Shown here: positions 16,965-24,655 of the stretch, piece by piece
How the letters are laid out: each line of letters opens with the position of its first letter
Numbering within the stretch: the first letter of the stretch is position 1
From: a virus
Strand: one strand, 5' to 3'
IMG/VR virus record: IMGVR_UViG_3300005468_000007
Length of the DNA: 43,451 nt
Translations under genes and position numbers: made by a program
The notes under the pieces: generated by a model
Databases searched by the model: none
Seen by the model: only the letters and a program-made list of their open reading frames with translations
What the model was told of the DNA's origin: nothing

Positions 16965-17513
16965 CTATGTGAGCGTGATCGAGAGGGCCGAATCCGCGAT
17001 CGTCGGCGGCGTCTGCGTGGTCGAGATGACCGTGCTCGTCGCCGAGCCCCAGCAGAGTGCGTTGCCAGCCGCCGTCGTCACGCTGTCGCAGCCAGCCCAA
17101 CCGATGATCGTGGAGGAGCCGCCCGTGCAGGCCGCGAAAGTCAGGGAGCCGGTGTTGTGCGTCTCAGACGGCTCCGCAGTCGAGGCTGCCACCCAGGAGG
17201 CCGCCGCGACGTTCAGCCGCGCATAGCCCGTGTAGTTCGCCTCGGTGATGTTAGCGCCGGTTGAGGCGTCTGTCGGAACCACGGTGCAGAGCGCGAGGTA
17301 GAACGATGGCTGCGTAAAGGAGGTTTTGCCCGTCAGGTGATCGAGCAGCTTGCGCTGGCTGTAGTTATTGAAGTCGCCCGATGCTCCGGCTATCGCACGG
17401 AACTCGTCGCCCAGGAGCCACTCGTAGAACTCCCGGCCGTACTCCGTCAGCCTCCCTAGGTGAAGGTCAAGGATCAGAGCATCTTTGGGTTCATGTAAAC
17501 CGGAGTCGTACAT
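16965..17513 (-). CDS. Fibre/collar-like structural protein
   Basis: 182 aa. The pattern LLDHLTGKTSF..PSFYLALCT...ANYTGYARLNV...FAACTGG..IIGWAGCDS..AGNALCWG matches a recurrent phage fibre-associated family that I cannot name with certainty. Confidence 0.4.
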   Translation of the reverse strand: MYDSGLHEPKDALILDLHLGRLTEYGREFYEWLLGDEFRAIAGASGDFNNYSQRKLLDHLTGKTSFTQPSFYLALCTVVPTDASTGANITEANYTGYARLNVAAASWVAASTAEPSETHNTGSLTFAACTGGSSTIIGWAGCDSVTTAAGNALCWGSATSTVISTTQTPPTIADSALSITLT

Positions 17514-17860
17514 CAGACCTTCACCGGGGTCGGGCCGGTCGCAATAACTGCAGGACCTTCGACCAGCGCGGCGGGTGAAGGCTCATTCGCGATCGGTCCC
17601 GTCAGCAGCGCGAAGCCCTCCTTGGTCTGCTGCCAGACGTTGCCTTCGTGGACGACGGCGAGGCCGCTGGCCTTTAGCTCCTCAAGCACCTTCAGAAGCT
17701 CATCCTCGCCTGCGAGGGCCGTGTCATTGTCGGGGGCCATGCGCTCGAGGAGCGCCGCAGGGGTCCAGCCCACCTTCTCCTTCGGGGTCGAGAGGTGCCC
17801 GAGGACGCGGCGGTGAACGTCCGAGTCGAAGTTGCCGCCCTTGTCGGGTGGATAAGTCAT
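17513..17860 (-). CDS. Hypothetical protein immediately after the portal
   Basis: 115-aa ORF coupled by a 1-nt overlap to the next gene. Confidence 0.5.
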   Translation of the reverse strand: MTYPPDKGGNFDSDVHRRVLGHLSTPKEKVGWTPAALLERMAPDNDTALAGEDELLKVLEELKASGLAVVHEGNVWQQTKEGFALLTGPIANEPSPAALVEGPAVIATGPTPVKV

Positions 17861-17877
17861 GGAATGGTTGGTGCTCC

Positions 17878-19140
17878 TTAGGTCGGGTTGTCGCCGCCGA
17901 CGTTCTCCTGCTTCGCGGCGGCGTTAGCGTTGCTCGGGGGGTTCGGGGCGCCCCCTACGGGTGTGGCCTGGAGGACGTCGGCGCTCGGGTCCGTGGAGTC
18001 CGTGTAGCCCTCCTGGCGGCGGATCTCGTTCGGGGTGAGCCAGCCGGCCTGGCGTGCGAGGCGGAAGGCGTCGTAACGGGTCTGAATGTCCGCGCGCAGG
18101 AGATCCGAGGCGTCGTGGGAAAGCGTGACCTCGGGGTCGGGGAAGAAGTCTGTGTCTCGCGTCAAGCCCTGCTCAAAGCGCCGCATCCAAGGGTCCAGGC
18201 CGAACTGAAGGAAGCGCATGTTCTCCTGCTCGACGGTCTGTGAGGAGTGGGTGACCGAGGGCGCGTCGAGCATTCCCGAAGGAACACCCAGCATCCGTGC
18301 GATCTCCTTGACGGAGTAAAGCTGGGACTCCACAAACTGCGCGTCGGTGAGGGTGATGCCGAGCTTTTCGAGCGTCCAGCCGCCCCAGATCAGCGCAGGG
18401 CGACCAGCATTGGTGGGGCCGACGTGCTTGGCCTCCCATGAGTCCCTGATTTGATTCCGCTGCTGCTCAGGGACGTTCTGGTCATTGCGGAGGATTATCC
18501 CAGGCTGGCCGTCGTTCGCGAAGTAGCGGCCTTCGAATTCCTGGCGGGCGAGATAGGTGCCGAGGGGGTTGCGCAGCATCTCGATGACTGATACCCCGAT
18601 GTGCGGGTGGTTCCAGAGGATGCCCGGAATGTGGAGGACAGTCTCCGGGCCGACAATCTGCTTGATCTCGCCGAACTCCTTGTCGCGGATCTCGAAGGTT
18701 GTCGAGCCTTCCTTGTATTTCGGTCTGACGAGCCGCGGATCGATCGGGTAGAAGCCCGCGACGTTTCCCTTTGCGTCCTTGACCTTCCAGAGATAGCCGT
18801 TGCCATTGTTGATCATTCCTGCGATCACGTAGGAGCGCAGCTGGAAGCTCGTCATGTCCGGGTTGGGGTTCCGAACGACCGCAAGCTGCGGCGCGGTGGG
18901 TTCGGGATGCCGGTCCTCGTCGAAGCCCCGGAAGGCGGTGATGGGGAAGCCCGCGCATGTCTCGGCAATGATGCGAACGCCGCGGAAGTAGGCCGGGAGG
19001 CCGCCCGACTCGTCCAGGCCGACGCGAACGCCGGCCTGGGTCATGGCCGCGCCGTACTGCGAGTGAAGGGGGATGGGGACTGAGGAGTCAAAGACGCCGC
19101 CGAACTGTGCGTCGGCGCCCTTGCGTGTCGCGAGGATCAG
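17878..19140 (-). CDS. Portal protein, HK97 family (probable CTG start at 19138..19140; first canonical ATG at 19044)
   Basis: Portal-like sequence throughout. The 32 codons upstream of ATG 19044 (LILATRKGADAQFGGVFDSSVPIPLHSQYGAA) are open, and 27 of 32 end in G/C. An in-frame TGA lies further upstream, with no ATG/GTG/TTG in between. Confidence 0.85.
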   Translation of the reverse strand: MILATRKGADAQFGGVFDSSVPIPLHSQYGAAMTQAGVRVGLDESGGLPAYFRGVRIIAETCAGFPITAFRGFDEDRHPEPTAPQLAVVRNPNPDMTSFQLRSYVIAGMINNGNGYLWKVKDAKGNVAGFYPIDPRLVRPKYKEGSTTFEIRDKEFGEIKQIVGPETVLHIPGILWNHPHIGVSVIEMLRNPLGTYLARQEFEGRYFANDGQPGIILRNDQNVPEQQRNQIRDSWEAKHVGPTNAGRPALIWGGWTLEKLGITLTDAQFVESQLYSVKEIARMLGVPSGMLDAPSVTHSSQTVEQENMRFLQFGLDPWMRRFEQGLTRDTDFFPDPEVTLSHDASDLLRADIQTRYDAFRLARQAGWLTPNEIRRQEGYTDSTDPSADVLQATPVGGAPNPPSNANAAAKQENVGGDNPT

Positions 19141-19337
19141 TTCGTTACCTGCTTGAAGAGGATTTGCTCCCTCGGGATCTCAATCGGGCCGACCAGTTCT
19201 TCCCATTCGTCTGCCCCTCTCGCCATTCTCGGCATCTCAATGATGTAGTCGCGGCGAGTCTGTCGGACCAGCGTCCCCTCGATGGTGGTGGCGCGGTCCT
19301 TGAAGACGAAGCGCAGCTTGCGCTTGCGAGTAATCAC
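19137..19337 (-). CDS. Hypothetical protein between terminase and portal
   Basis: 66-aa ORF. GTGA overlap upstream and CTGA overlap downstream. Confidence 0.5.
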   Translation of the reverse strand: MITRKRKLRFVFKDRATTIEGTLVRQTRRDYIIEMPRMARGADEWEELVGPIEIPREQILFKQVTN

Positions 19338-19489
19338 CGGCCGAAACGTGGGGGGCGAAACCTGCCTCGGCGCCGGAGGGCGGTTAGCCCCTTCTCGACG
19401 GACTCAAGTTCGCTCTTCACCTTTTTGATCTCGGAGAGTGCCTGCGTCGCGTCGGCATGGATATGAACCGTGACGCTTGGGTTCACCAT
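19334..19489 (-). CDS. Small hypothetical protein (51 aa)
   Basis: ATG 19487..19489 follows a strong GGAGGA Shine-Dalgarno. The longer ORF-track start lies inside the terminase. Confidence 0.5.
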   Translation of the reverse strand: MVNPSVTVHIHADATQALSEIKKVKSELESVEKGLTALRRRGRFRPPRFGR

Positions 19490-20862
19490 TCGAATCCTCC
19501 TCCGGTTGGAGCCGTATCTACCTGCGCGAAGCAAACGAGCAGGGCGATTAGGGCGTCGATGGGCTTTTTGGGCTTGCCCTTGGATAGGCGCCAGCCCCGT
19601 TCGGTGTTGCTGGTCACGCCGGCATTGACGTGCGCCGCCAGAACCGGGTCGCCGTCGTGGACGATCCGCTGAGAGTTGATCGCTTCATAGAGTCGCGCGG
19701 ATGCCGGGACGGTGCGCTCGTTGGTCATCGGGAACTCGATCATCAGCAGCCCTTCGTCCGAGAGCATCTGCGCTGAGCGCTCGAAGCTCCAGCGGTCGTA
19801 GGCGACACCCATGACTTCGTAAAGGTCGGCCTGGTTTCGGATCTCCTGCTCGACCACGGATAGGTCTAGGTGACCACCCTCGGGGGGCTTATAGATTTTT
19901 GCCTTGACAGCAACCTTCTCGTCGGGTCGCTTCCAGCCGGTGAGGAGGGCGGTTGAATCCTTTTTGATTCCGACATCGACACCGATGTAGACGGGTTCAC
20001 CCTCGGGGATGAACGCATCTCCCTGGCAAGCCTCCCAAGCTCCGATGTCGAGCCAAGAGTGCTCGCCAGTCAGCCAGACGCCGCAGGCGAAACGCGCCCA
20101 CTCCCAAGGAACCGTCGACGGGGAATCGTGGCGAGCTCGGAGGGTTTCAACGGTGTGCCAGGGCGCCGGGTTTGCCTTCTTGACGAGCTTCAGGTCGTCC
20201 CGGTCCTCGTCGGGCGCCAGCGCCCATTCGTGCAGGACAAAGCCATCGTGGTTTACATGGCTATGGTGATTCTCGGTCTTGAAGCCGGGAAGCTGGCGAG
20301 CGTTGGTCCGCATCTCCCCGAGCGGGGTCTGCTCGTCGTCGCCGGCCGTCGAGATCGTAATCATCTGTCCGTTGCGCGGGCCGAGGCCGTCCCTGAAAAC
20401 CGTGTAGAGGCCCATTGACTTGTGGCGGTGAAGTTCGTCGACCAGGGCGAGGGTCGGGATTACCCCGTCAGCTGTATCAGCATCTGCGGCGAGGACTCTG
20501 ATGAATCCAGCGTCTACCTGTGATCGCATCTCGCGATAGCCGCGAAGGACGCGCACCGATTCCGTGAGCTTCTCGTTGCGCCGCACAAACCCGGCTGCTT
20601 GGTCAAAGAGCACCATCGCCTGGTCGCGGGAGGCGGCGGCGATGTAACAGGCAGCATCCTTGGTCGTCGTCAGATGGAAAAGCGCGAGTGCGGCGAGAAG
20701 GGTGGACTTGCCGTTCTTCTTCGAGATCAGGATCAGCGTCTCGCGGGCGCCGCCGAAGAAGTCCTCCAACATCTGCTGCTGGAAGTCGGCTAGCTCGAGC
20801 GGGGCGCCATCTTCGATCTTGAGCTCGGAGCAGAAACGCCGGAAATCGGCTAAGTCGGTCAC
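19483..20862 (-). CDS. terL: Terminase large subunit (Terminase_1-like)
   Basis: 459 aa. Walker-A-like ISKKNGKSTLLAA and a C-terminal nuclease-like half. Followed by the portal. Confidence 0.9.
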   Translation of the reverse strand: MTDLADFRRFCSELKIEDGAPLELADFQQQMLEDFFGGARETLILISKKNGKSTLLAALALFHLTTTKDAACYIAAASRDQAMVLFDQAAGFVRRNEKLTESVRVLRGYREMRSQVDAGFIRVLAADADTADGVIPTLALVDELHRHKSMGLYTVFRDGLGPRNGQMITISTAGDDEQTPLGEMRTNARQLPGFKTENHHSHVNHDGFVLHEWALAPDEDRDDLKLVKKANPAPWHTVETLRARHDSPSTVPWEWARFACGVWLTGEHSWLDIGAWEACQGDAFIPEGEPVYIGVDVGIKKDSTALLTGWKRPDEKVAVKAKIYKPPEGGHLDLSVVEQEIRNQADLYEVMGVAYDRWSFERSAQMLSDEGLLMIEFPMTNERTVPASARLYEAINSQRIVHDGDPVLAAHVNAGVTSNTERGWRLSKGKPKKPIDALIALLVCFAQVDTAPTGGGFEW

Positions 20863-21098
20863 CAGCGAAAGGTCGGGCGGCGGGGTCTGTCCGTTCGTTT
20901 GGTGCGTGTAAGGAACTTCCGGGTCACCATTTGGGCGGCGACCAAGGCAGCTGCTCCCGTGAGGAGGAACATGCCTCCCTGCCCGTCAAACGCCGCCCAA
21001 AAGTCAAGGAACGACGCGAGGTATGCGATCCCAACAACGCTGAGGGCGATGGCTCTTACTTGAACCACGTCCCATCGCGGCCCTTCTTCCCAAACCAT
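20859..21098 (-). CDS. Small membrane protein (2 predicted TM helices), GTGA-coupled to the terminase
   Basis: 79 aa with hydrophobic segments AIALSVVGIAYLASFLDFWAAF and MFLLTGAAALVAAQMV. The start is uncertain. Confidence 0.5.
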   Translation of the reverse strand: MVWEEGPRWDVVQVRAIALSVVGIAYLASFLDFWAAFDGQGGMFLLTGAAALVAAQMVTRKFLTRTKRTDRPRRPTFRW

Positions 21099-21265
21099 TT
21101 CCAGTCGGCGAGGAATTTGCGATCGAGCGCGAGGCCCACGGCCAATGCGACGAGTCCAACCGCAAAGAGGGGCACGCTGCCAAGGCGAATCGCCTCAAAC
21201 CATGCGAGGTATGTGGCGAATAGGGCTGCGCCGCTAAAAAAGAGCGCGAGGAGCTTCATTTTCAT
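21056..21265 (-). CDS. Small membrane protein (2 predicted TM helices)
   Basis: ATG 21263..21265 follows GGGAGG. The sequence is MKMKLLALFFSGAALFATYLAWFEAIRLGSVPLFAVGLVALAVGLAL.. The upstream part of the ORF-track entry looks non-coding. Confidence 0.55.
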   Translation of the reverse strand: MKMKLLALFFSGAALFATYLAWFEAIRLGSVPLFAVGLVALAVGLALDRKFLADWKWFGKKGRDGTWFK

Positions 21266-21590
21266 GCCTCCCTTGCTTGGTGGGGCTTCGTTTTTCTCGC
21301 CGCGCCTTGTCGCGCGGTACTCGTTTCCTTCAAAAAGGTTTTTGGCCCCCCGTTTGAAACTGCTGCACGCTGTGCCGTGCCTACACCCGCCTGCCACCGA
21401 CGCCTAGCAGTGGCACTTGATCGCGGGAGCTGCGTTAGGTGCGCGCGCCTGTTGCTCGCGCCTGCGTACCCCCGCGCTCAACGTCTAGCACTGACAGGCG
21501 TGAGCCCCTCAGGCTTGAAGGATGGGCGCAGCCCGTTTTGTGCTAGGGCTAGTTTTGGCTAGGCTGAGTTTGGCTCAGGTAAGCGTGAGT

Positions 21591-22445
21591 TCAGGCAGCC
21601 TCGGCGTAGCGCAAGCGCGAGAGCAGACCATCCTCAAGGTTGTCGGCCTGAGTTTGCGGACTAACCAGAGTTTGTGGTGCTGCCTGCAGTTCAAGCGCTA
21701 GTGAGAGCGTGGCGATGCCGTCTGCAACCGTGGCCGTCGGCTCATCGTTGAGGATCGCTTGCCACATGCGGCGCAATGGCTCCTCAGTTAGGGGCGTAAG
21801 ATTAAAGCTAGCGCCATCAGCTTCAAGGATGAGGGTCTGCGCCGCATAGTCGAGCCTGAGCAACCCGTCTGTGCCAAGGATCTCCAATGTGCGCTGCTTG
21901 AAGGGGTGGTTATGGCTGGCTTCGAGGCTGCCCACGTTCAGCAGTGCTGAGAGGTGGCTGCCGCGGTGGATACCAATCACAGGTTGCGGCTTGAGGTTGA
22001 GGAAGCGCAGCACGTCCAGGTCATGTGTGGCTAGGTCCAGCGCAGGGCTTGTGTCGCACCGTCCAGCTGGGCCGAGGCGTTTAGCTTCGACGTGGATGAT
22101 CCTGCCGACGCGATCTAGGTTCTCAGCGAGAGCTAGGACTGCTGGATTGTGGCGCTCGACATATCCGACCGCGCAATCGAATTGGTCGGCGACCGCTTGC
22201 GCATCCTTAAGATTCGTGGCAAGAGGCTTCTCGATCAGCCAGGGTTCAATGGGGCAGCGAAGAGCAACCTCGGCAAGCAGGTCCGGCGGGACAGCAATGC
22301 AGGCTCCATCAGCTTCAAGCCCGACGATGCCCTTGTGGTCTGCATGACCCGCGGTGTCGACGGTGACGACTGATTGGCCGAGCTCGCGGAGAACACGCGC
22401 GTGGTTGCGGCCCATTCGCCCGAAACCGATCACCGCGATTCTCAT
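21591..22445 (-). CDS. Gfo/Idh/MocA-family NAD(P)-dependent sugar oxidoreductase
   Basis: 284 aa with an N-terminal Rossmann motif MRIAVIGFGRMGRNHARVL and the family EKP motif (LIEKPLATN). Confidence 0.8.
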   Translation of the reverse strand: MRIAVIGFGRMGRNHARVLRELGQSVVTVDTAGHADHKGIVGLEADGACIAVPPDLLAEVALRCPIEPWLIEKPLATNLKDAQAVADQFDCAVGYVERHNPAVLALAENLDRVGRIIHVEAKRLGPAGRCDTSPALDLATHDLDVLRFLNLKPQPVIGIHRGSHLSALLNVGSLEASHNHPFKQRTLEILGTDGLLRLDYAAQTLILEADGASFNLTPLTEEPLRRMWQAILNDEPTATVADGIATLSLALELQAAPQTLVSPQTQADNLEDGLLSRLRYAEAA

Positions 22446-23356
22446 CCAGCTGCACCTTCGTATGCGAGTCCTTCGGGATCCCTACCGAGGGCACGGATCT
22501 GGCGATCGGATTCAGCCTTGGCGATCGGATAGCAGTCCTCGCAGACCGAGATCGAGCTTGCTTCGAGCGCATCGCCGACCTCTACCCATCCGTGCTGAAT
22601 GACGCGGGTTCCGGTCTTGTTGCAATGGAAACAGGGGTCGGATTCGGCACCAACACGATCCCGGCGCCCGTAATACTCCTTCGCTGCGTTGCGACGGGCT
22701 AGGTCGCGGAAGTTCGTACGGTGCTCGATCCTGAGGTCTTTGCAATCCAGGGCCGGTTCCTGCTGGACGGTGCTGCTGCGATTTCCCCAAAGAACACGCT
22801 TATCTGGCGTCGTGTAGGTGTAGTGGTTGCGCTCGACAGTGAGGCCCCGGATAGCACGAAAGAGAATGCGGATCGGATATTCGTGCTTGGCGGGCCAGTC
22901 GAATTGGCGCGCGGCTTTGGCCTTCTTTGGCGTGAACTCGATGTCGTCGCGCTCCCAAAATGTGACCTCCGCCACATCTTCGTCTGCTGCTTCTAGGCGC
23001 TCTCGTAGGTTCGGGGGAGCATCGGTGACGACCTCATCCGCGTCGATGACCATGTACCAGTCGTCGGGGTCGGAGATCGTTTCAGCAAGCGTGAAGAGGA
23101 AGGCGCGCTTCTCGACCTCATTGCCTGCCCAAGTCTCCTGTGGCGCGTGAATTGTGCAGCCGAGATTGTGAGCTTGGGCAACCTCGTTGATTACGGCGGC
23201 CTGCTCAGCACCAGAGTGGGGCGCGCCGTCTGGAAATAAGAAGTATGCCCCGTCGCAAGCGATGAGATGGTCAATGCATTTCGAGGCCGAAGCGACCGTG
23301 GCGGCGAGCCATAGAGCTGACTCCTGATAGAAGTTCAGCAGCCCTATGACTTTCAC
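22442..23356 (-). CDS. GT-A fold glycosyltransferase (family-2-like) with C-terminal Cys4 zinc-ribbon-like tail
   Basis: 304 aa. DxD motif in WYMVIDADEVV. C-terminal CFHCNKTG...CEDC. Confidence 0.55.
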   Translation of the reverse strand: MKVIGLLNFYQESALWLAATVASASKCIDHLIACDGAYFLFPDGAPHSGAEQAAVINEVAQAHNLGCTIHAPQETWAGNEVEKRAFLFTLAETISDPDDWYMVIDADEVVTDAPPNLRERLEAADEDVAEVTFWERDDIEFTPKKAKAARQFDWPAKHEYPIRILFRAIRGLTVERNHYTYTTPDKRVLWGNRSSTVQQEPALDCKDLRIEHRTNFRDLARRNAAKEYYGRRDRVGAESDPCFHCNKTGTRVIQHGWVEVGDALEASSISVCEDCYPIAKAESDRQIRALGRDPEGLAYEGAAG

Positions 23357-23628
23357 CGCCTGAAAGTCCGCCAGCGGTGAATTTCATTAACAACCCTGTA
23401 GGGTTTGTCGCCGACCGGGGTGTCAAAGCCCCGGCCGCATGTCCGAAGACAGTGGCGAACCGGGGCATACGCGATGTTACGGCCAACACCCAGGGCCTGA
23501 CGGCCGTGGGCCTGTCGCTCCTCCCATTCAGCCTGTGACAACTCCGCAACCACCGGTACGCAGCGGCCTATGTCGATGGGCGCTGATGCCCGCCGTCGCC
23601 GAAAAACGCGCAAAGCCCAGCGGATCAT
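23353..23628 (-). CDS. Hypothetical protein (91 aa)
   Basis: ATG 23626..23628 overlaps the upstream stop (ATGA). MIRWALRVFRRRRASAPIDIG... Confidence 0.4.
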   Translation of the reverse strand: MIRWALRVFRRRRASAPIDIGRCVPVVAELSQAEWEERQAHGRQALGVGRNIAYAPVRHCLRTCGRGFDTPVGDKPYRVVNEIHRWRTFRR

Positions 23629-24035
23629 TCCCCTGGTACCTCGAGTTGGGGCAACTCCCTCAAGATCGCAAGCGCCTCGGTTTCCCAATTTAGAATCGTC
23701 TGGTCAGTAACTTGGAAGGCTTGGGCGACTTGGCCAAGACTCATTTGCTCGGCGTTGCCTAACCCGAAGCGAAGTTCAACTGTGCGACGGAGGCGGTAGG
23801 GGAGGGCATCGAGCGCGTCATAGAGGCGGTCCAGCAAATCCCAATCACATTCGTTCTCAAGCGTGTCTAGATCTGAGGCAAGCGAAAACTGCGCGCCATT
23901 TCCTGAGCAATCACAGCCTCTTCTCCCGTTGGGCATACAGCCGCCGCATTTCGGGCAAAGCCAATGGCTCACGCGAGGGATCGTTCTCAGTACTTCCACT
24001 TCAGCCGCAGAGCACACGCCAGGGTCCGTCGTCAC
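23625..24035 (-). CDS. Sigma-70 region-4-like HTH protein with N-terminal CxxC zinc ribbon
   Basis: C-terminal LPYRLRRTVELRFGLGNAEQMSLGQVAQAFQVTDQTILNWETEALAILRELP matches the sigma-70 region 4.2 pattern. N-terminal CPKCGGC..CDCSG. Regions 2 and 3 are not visible. GTG 24033..24035 overlaps the upstream TGA. Confidence 0.6.
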   Translation of the reverse strand: MTTDPGVCSAAEVEVLRTIPRVSHWLCPKCGGCMPNGRRGCDCSGNGAQFSLASDLDTLENECDWDLLDRLYDALDALPYRLRRTVELRFGLGNAEQMSLGQVAQAFQVTDQTILNWETEALAILRELPQLEVPGE

Positions 24036-24181
24036 TGGCACTGGCACCGCTTGAGGTTCGCGCGCTTAGCTGCGGACTTCCAGATTTCAAGCGACTTCTC
24101 CGTCGCGGCAAGGCGTCTTTCAAGCTGCCGGGTGTAGTCGATGACCTCGCCTAGCGTCCTGAACTTGCGTAGGTACTTCAT
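24032..24181 (-). CDS. Small coiled-coil protein (49 aa)
   Basis: ATG 24179..24181 overlaps the acyltransferase stop (ATGA). MKYLRKFRTLGEVIDYTRQLERRLAATEKSLEIWKSAAKRANLKRCQCQ. Confidence 0.45.
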   Translation of the reverse strand: MKYLRKFRTLGEVIDYTRQLERRLAATEKSLEIWKSAAKRANLKRCQCQ

Positions 24182-24645
24182 GCCCGCATCGAGGCCGGGA
24201 GCGCTTTGCCCCATTCAGCCGCCTTCTCTTTTTCATCCTTGAAAAGTCGGCGCGCTGGAACGCCAGCCCAAGTCTGCCCGGGTGGAATATCGTTGACGAC
24301 CACGGCGCCGGCACCAATGCGCGCTCCGTCGCCAATCTTGATAAATGGGCGAACAGAGGCATTGATGCCGATCTTGACGAGATCGCCAATCTCGCATTCG
24401 CCGCCGATGACAACTCCCGGTGCGAGCTCGCAGTTGCGGCCGATAATGCAATCGTGGCCAATATGCGACTTCGTGAGCAAGAGCGTTTCCGCGCCTACTT
24501 TGGTCGGGCGATGCAGTCCTGAGTCGATCGTGACGAAGCTACTAATGCGAACGCCATCGCCGACCTCGGGCCAGAACGATGGGTCGCCTTCGTGCCAGTC
24601 ACGGTGCTCGGGCGGATTGCCGATTTCGGCAGTGGGGTGAATCAC
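24178..24645 (-). CDS. Left-handed beta-helix (hexapeptide-repeat) acyl/acetyltransferase, LpxA-like
   Basis: 155 aa with IHPTAEIG, SHIGHDCIIGRNCELAPGVVIGGECEIGDLVKIGINASVRPFIKIGDGARIGAGAVVVNDIPPG. It lacks the LpxA C-terminal helical domain. Confidence 0.75.
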   Translation of the reverse strand: MIHPTAEIGNPPEHRDWHEGDPSFWPEVGDGVRISSFVTIDSGLHRPTKVGAETLLLTKSHIGHDCIIGRNCELAPGVVIGGECEIGDLVKIGINASVRPFIKIGDGARIGAGAVVVNDIPPGQTWAGVPARRLFKDEKEKAAEWGKALPASMRA

Positions 24646-24655
24646 GGTTCTCCCT

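Noticed and set aside
21300-21317. A CCGCGC-6nt-GCGCGG hairpin upstream of the membrane-protein gene, considered as a rho-independent terminator.
   Set aside because: The adjacent T-run precedes the stem on the plus strand, which gives an A-run after the stem on the minus strand. It therefore fits a terminator in neither orientation.
21541-21580. Clusters of CTAG in several intergenic gaps (21541..21580, 37796..37811, 38930..38970, 1096..1135), considered as a specific binding motif.
   Set aside because: CTAG contains a stop codon on both strands, so it is expected to be depleted in dense coding DNA and relatively enriched in gaps. Only the twin CTAGCTAG octamers were kept as a finding.
24178-24645. 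Using the LpxA-like acyltransferase to infer a Gram-negative (lipid A) host.
   Set aside because: The protein is a truncated generic left-handed beta-helix enzyme. The hexapeptide fold is shared by many sugar N/O-acetyltransferases, and the lysis and tape-measure features point the other way. No host call is justified.
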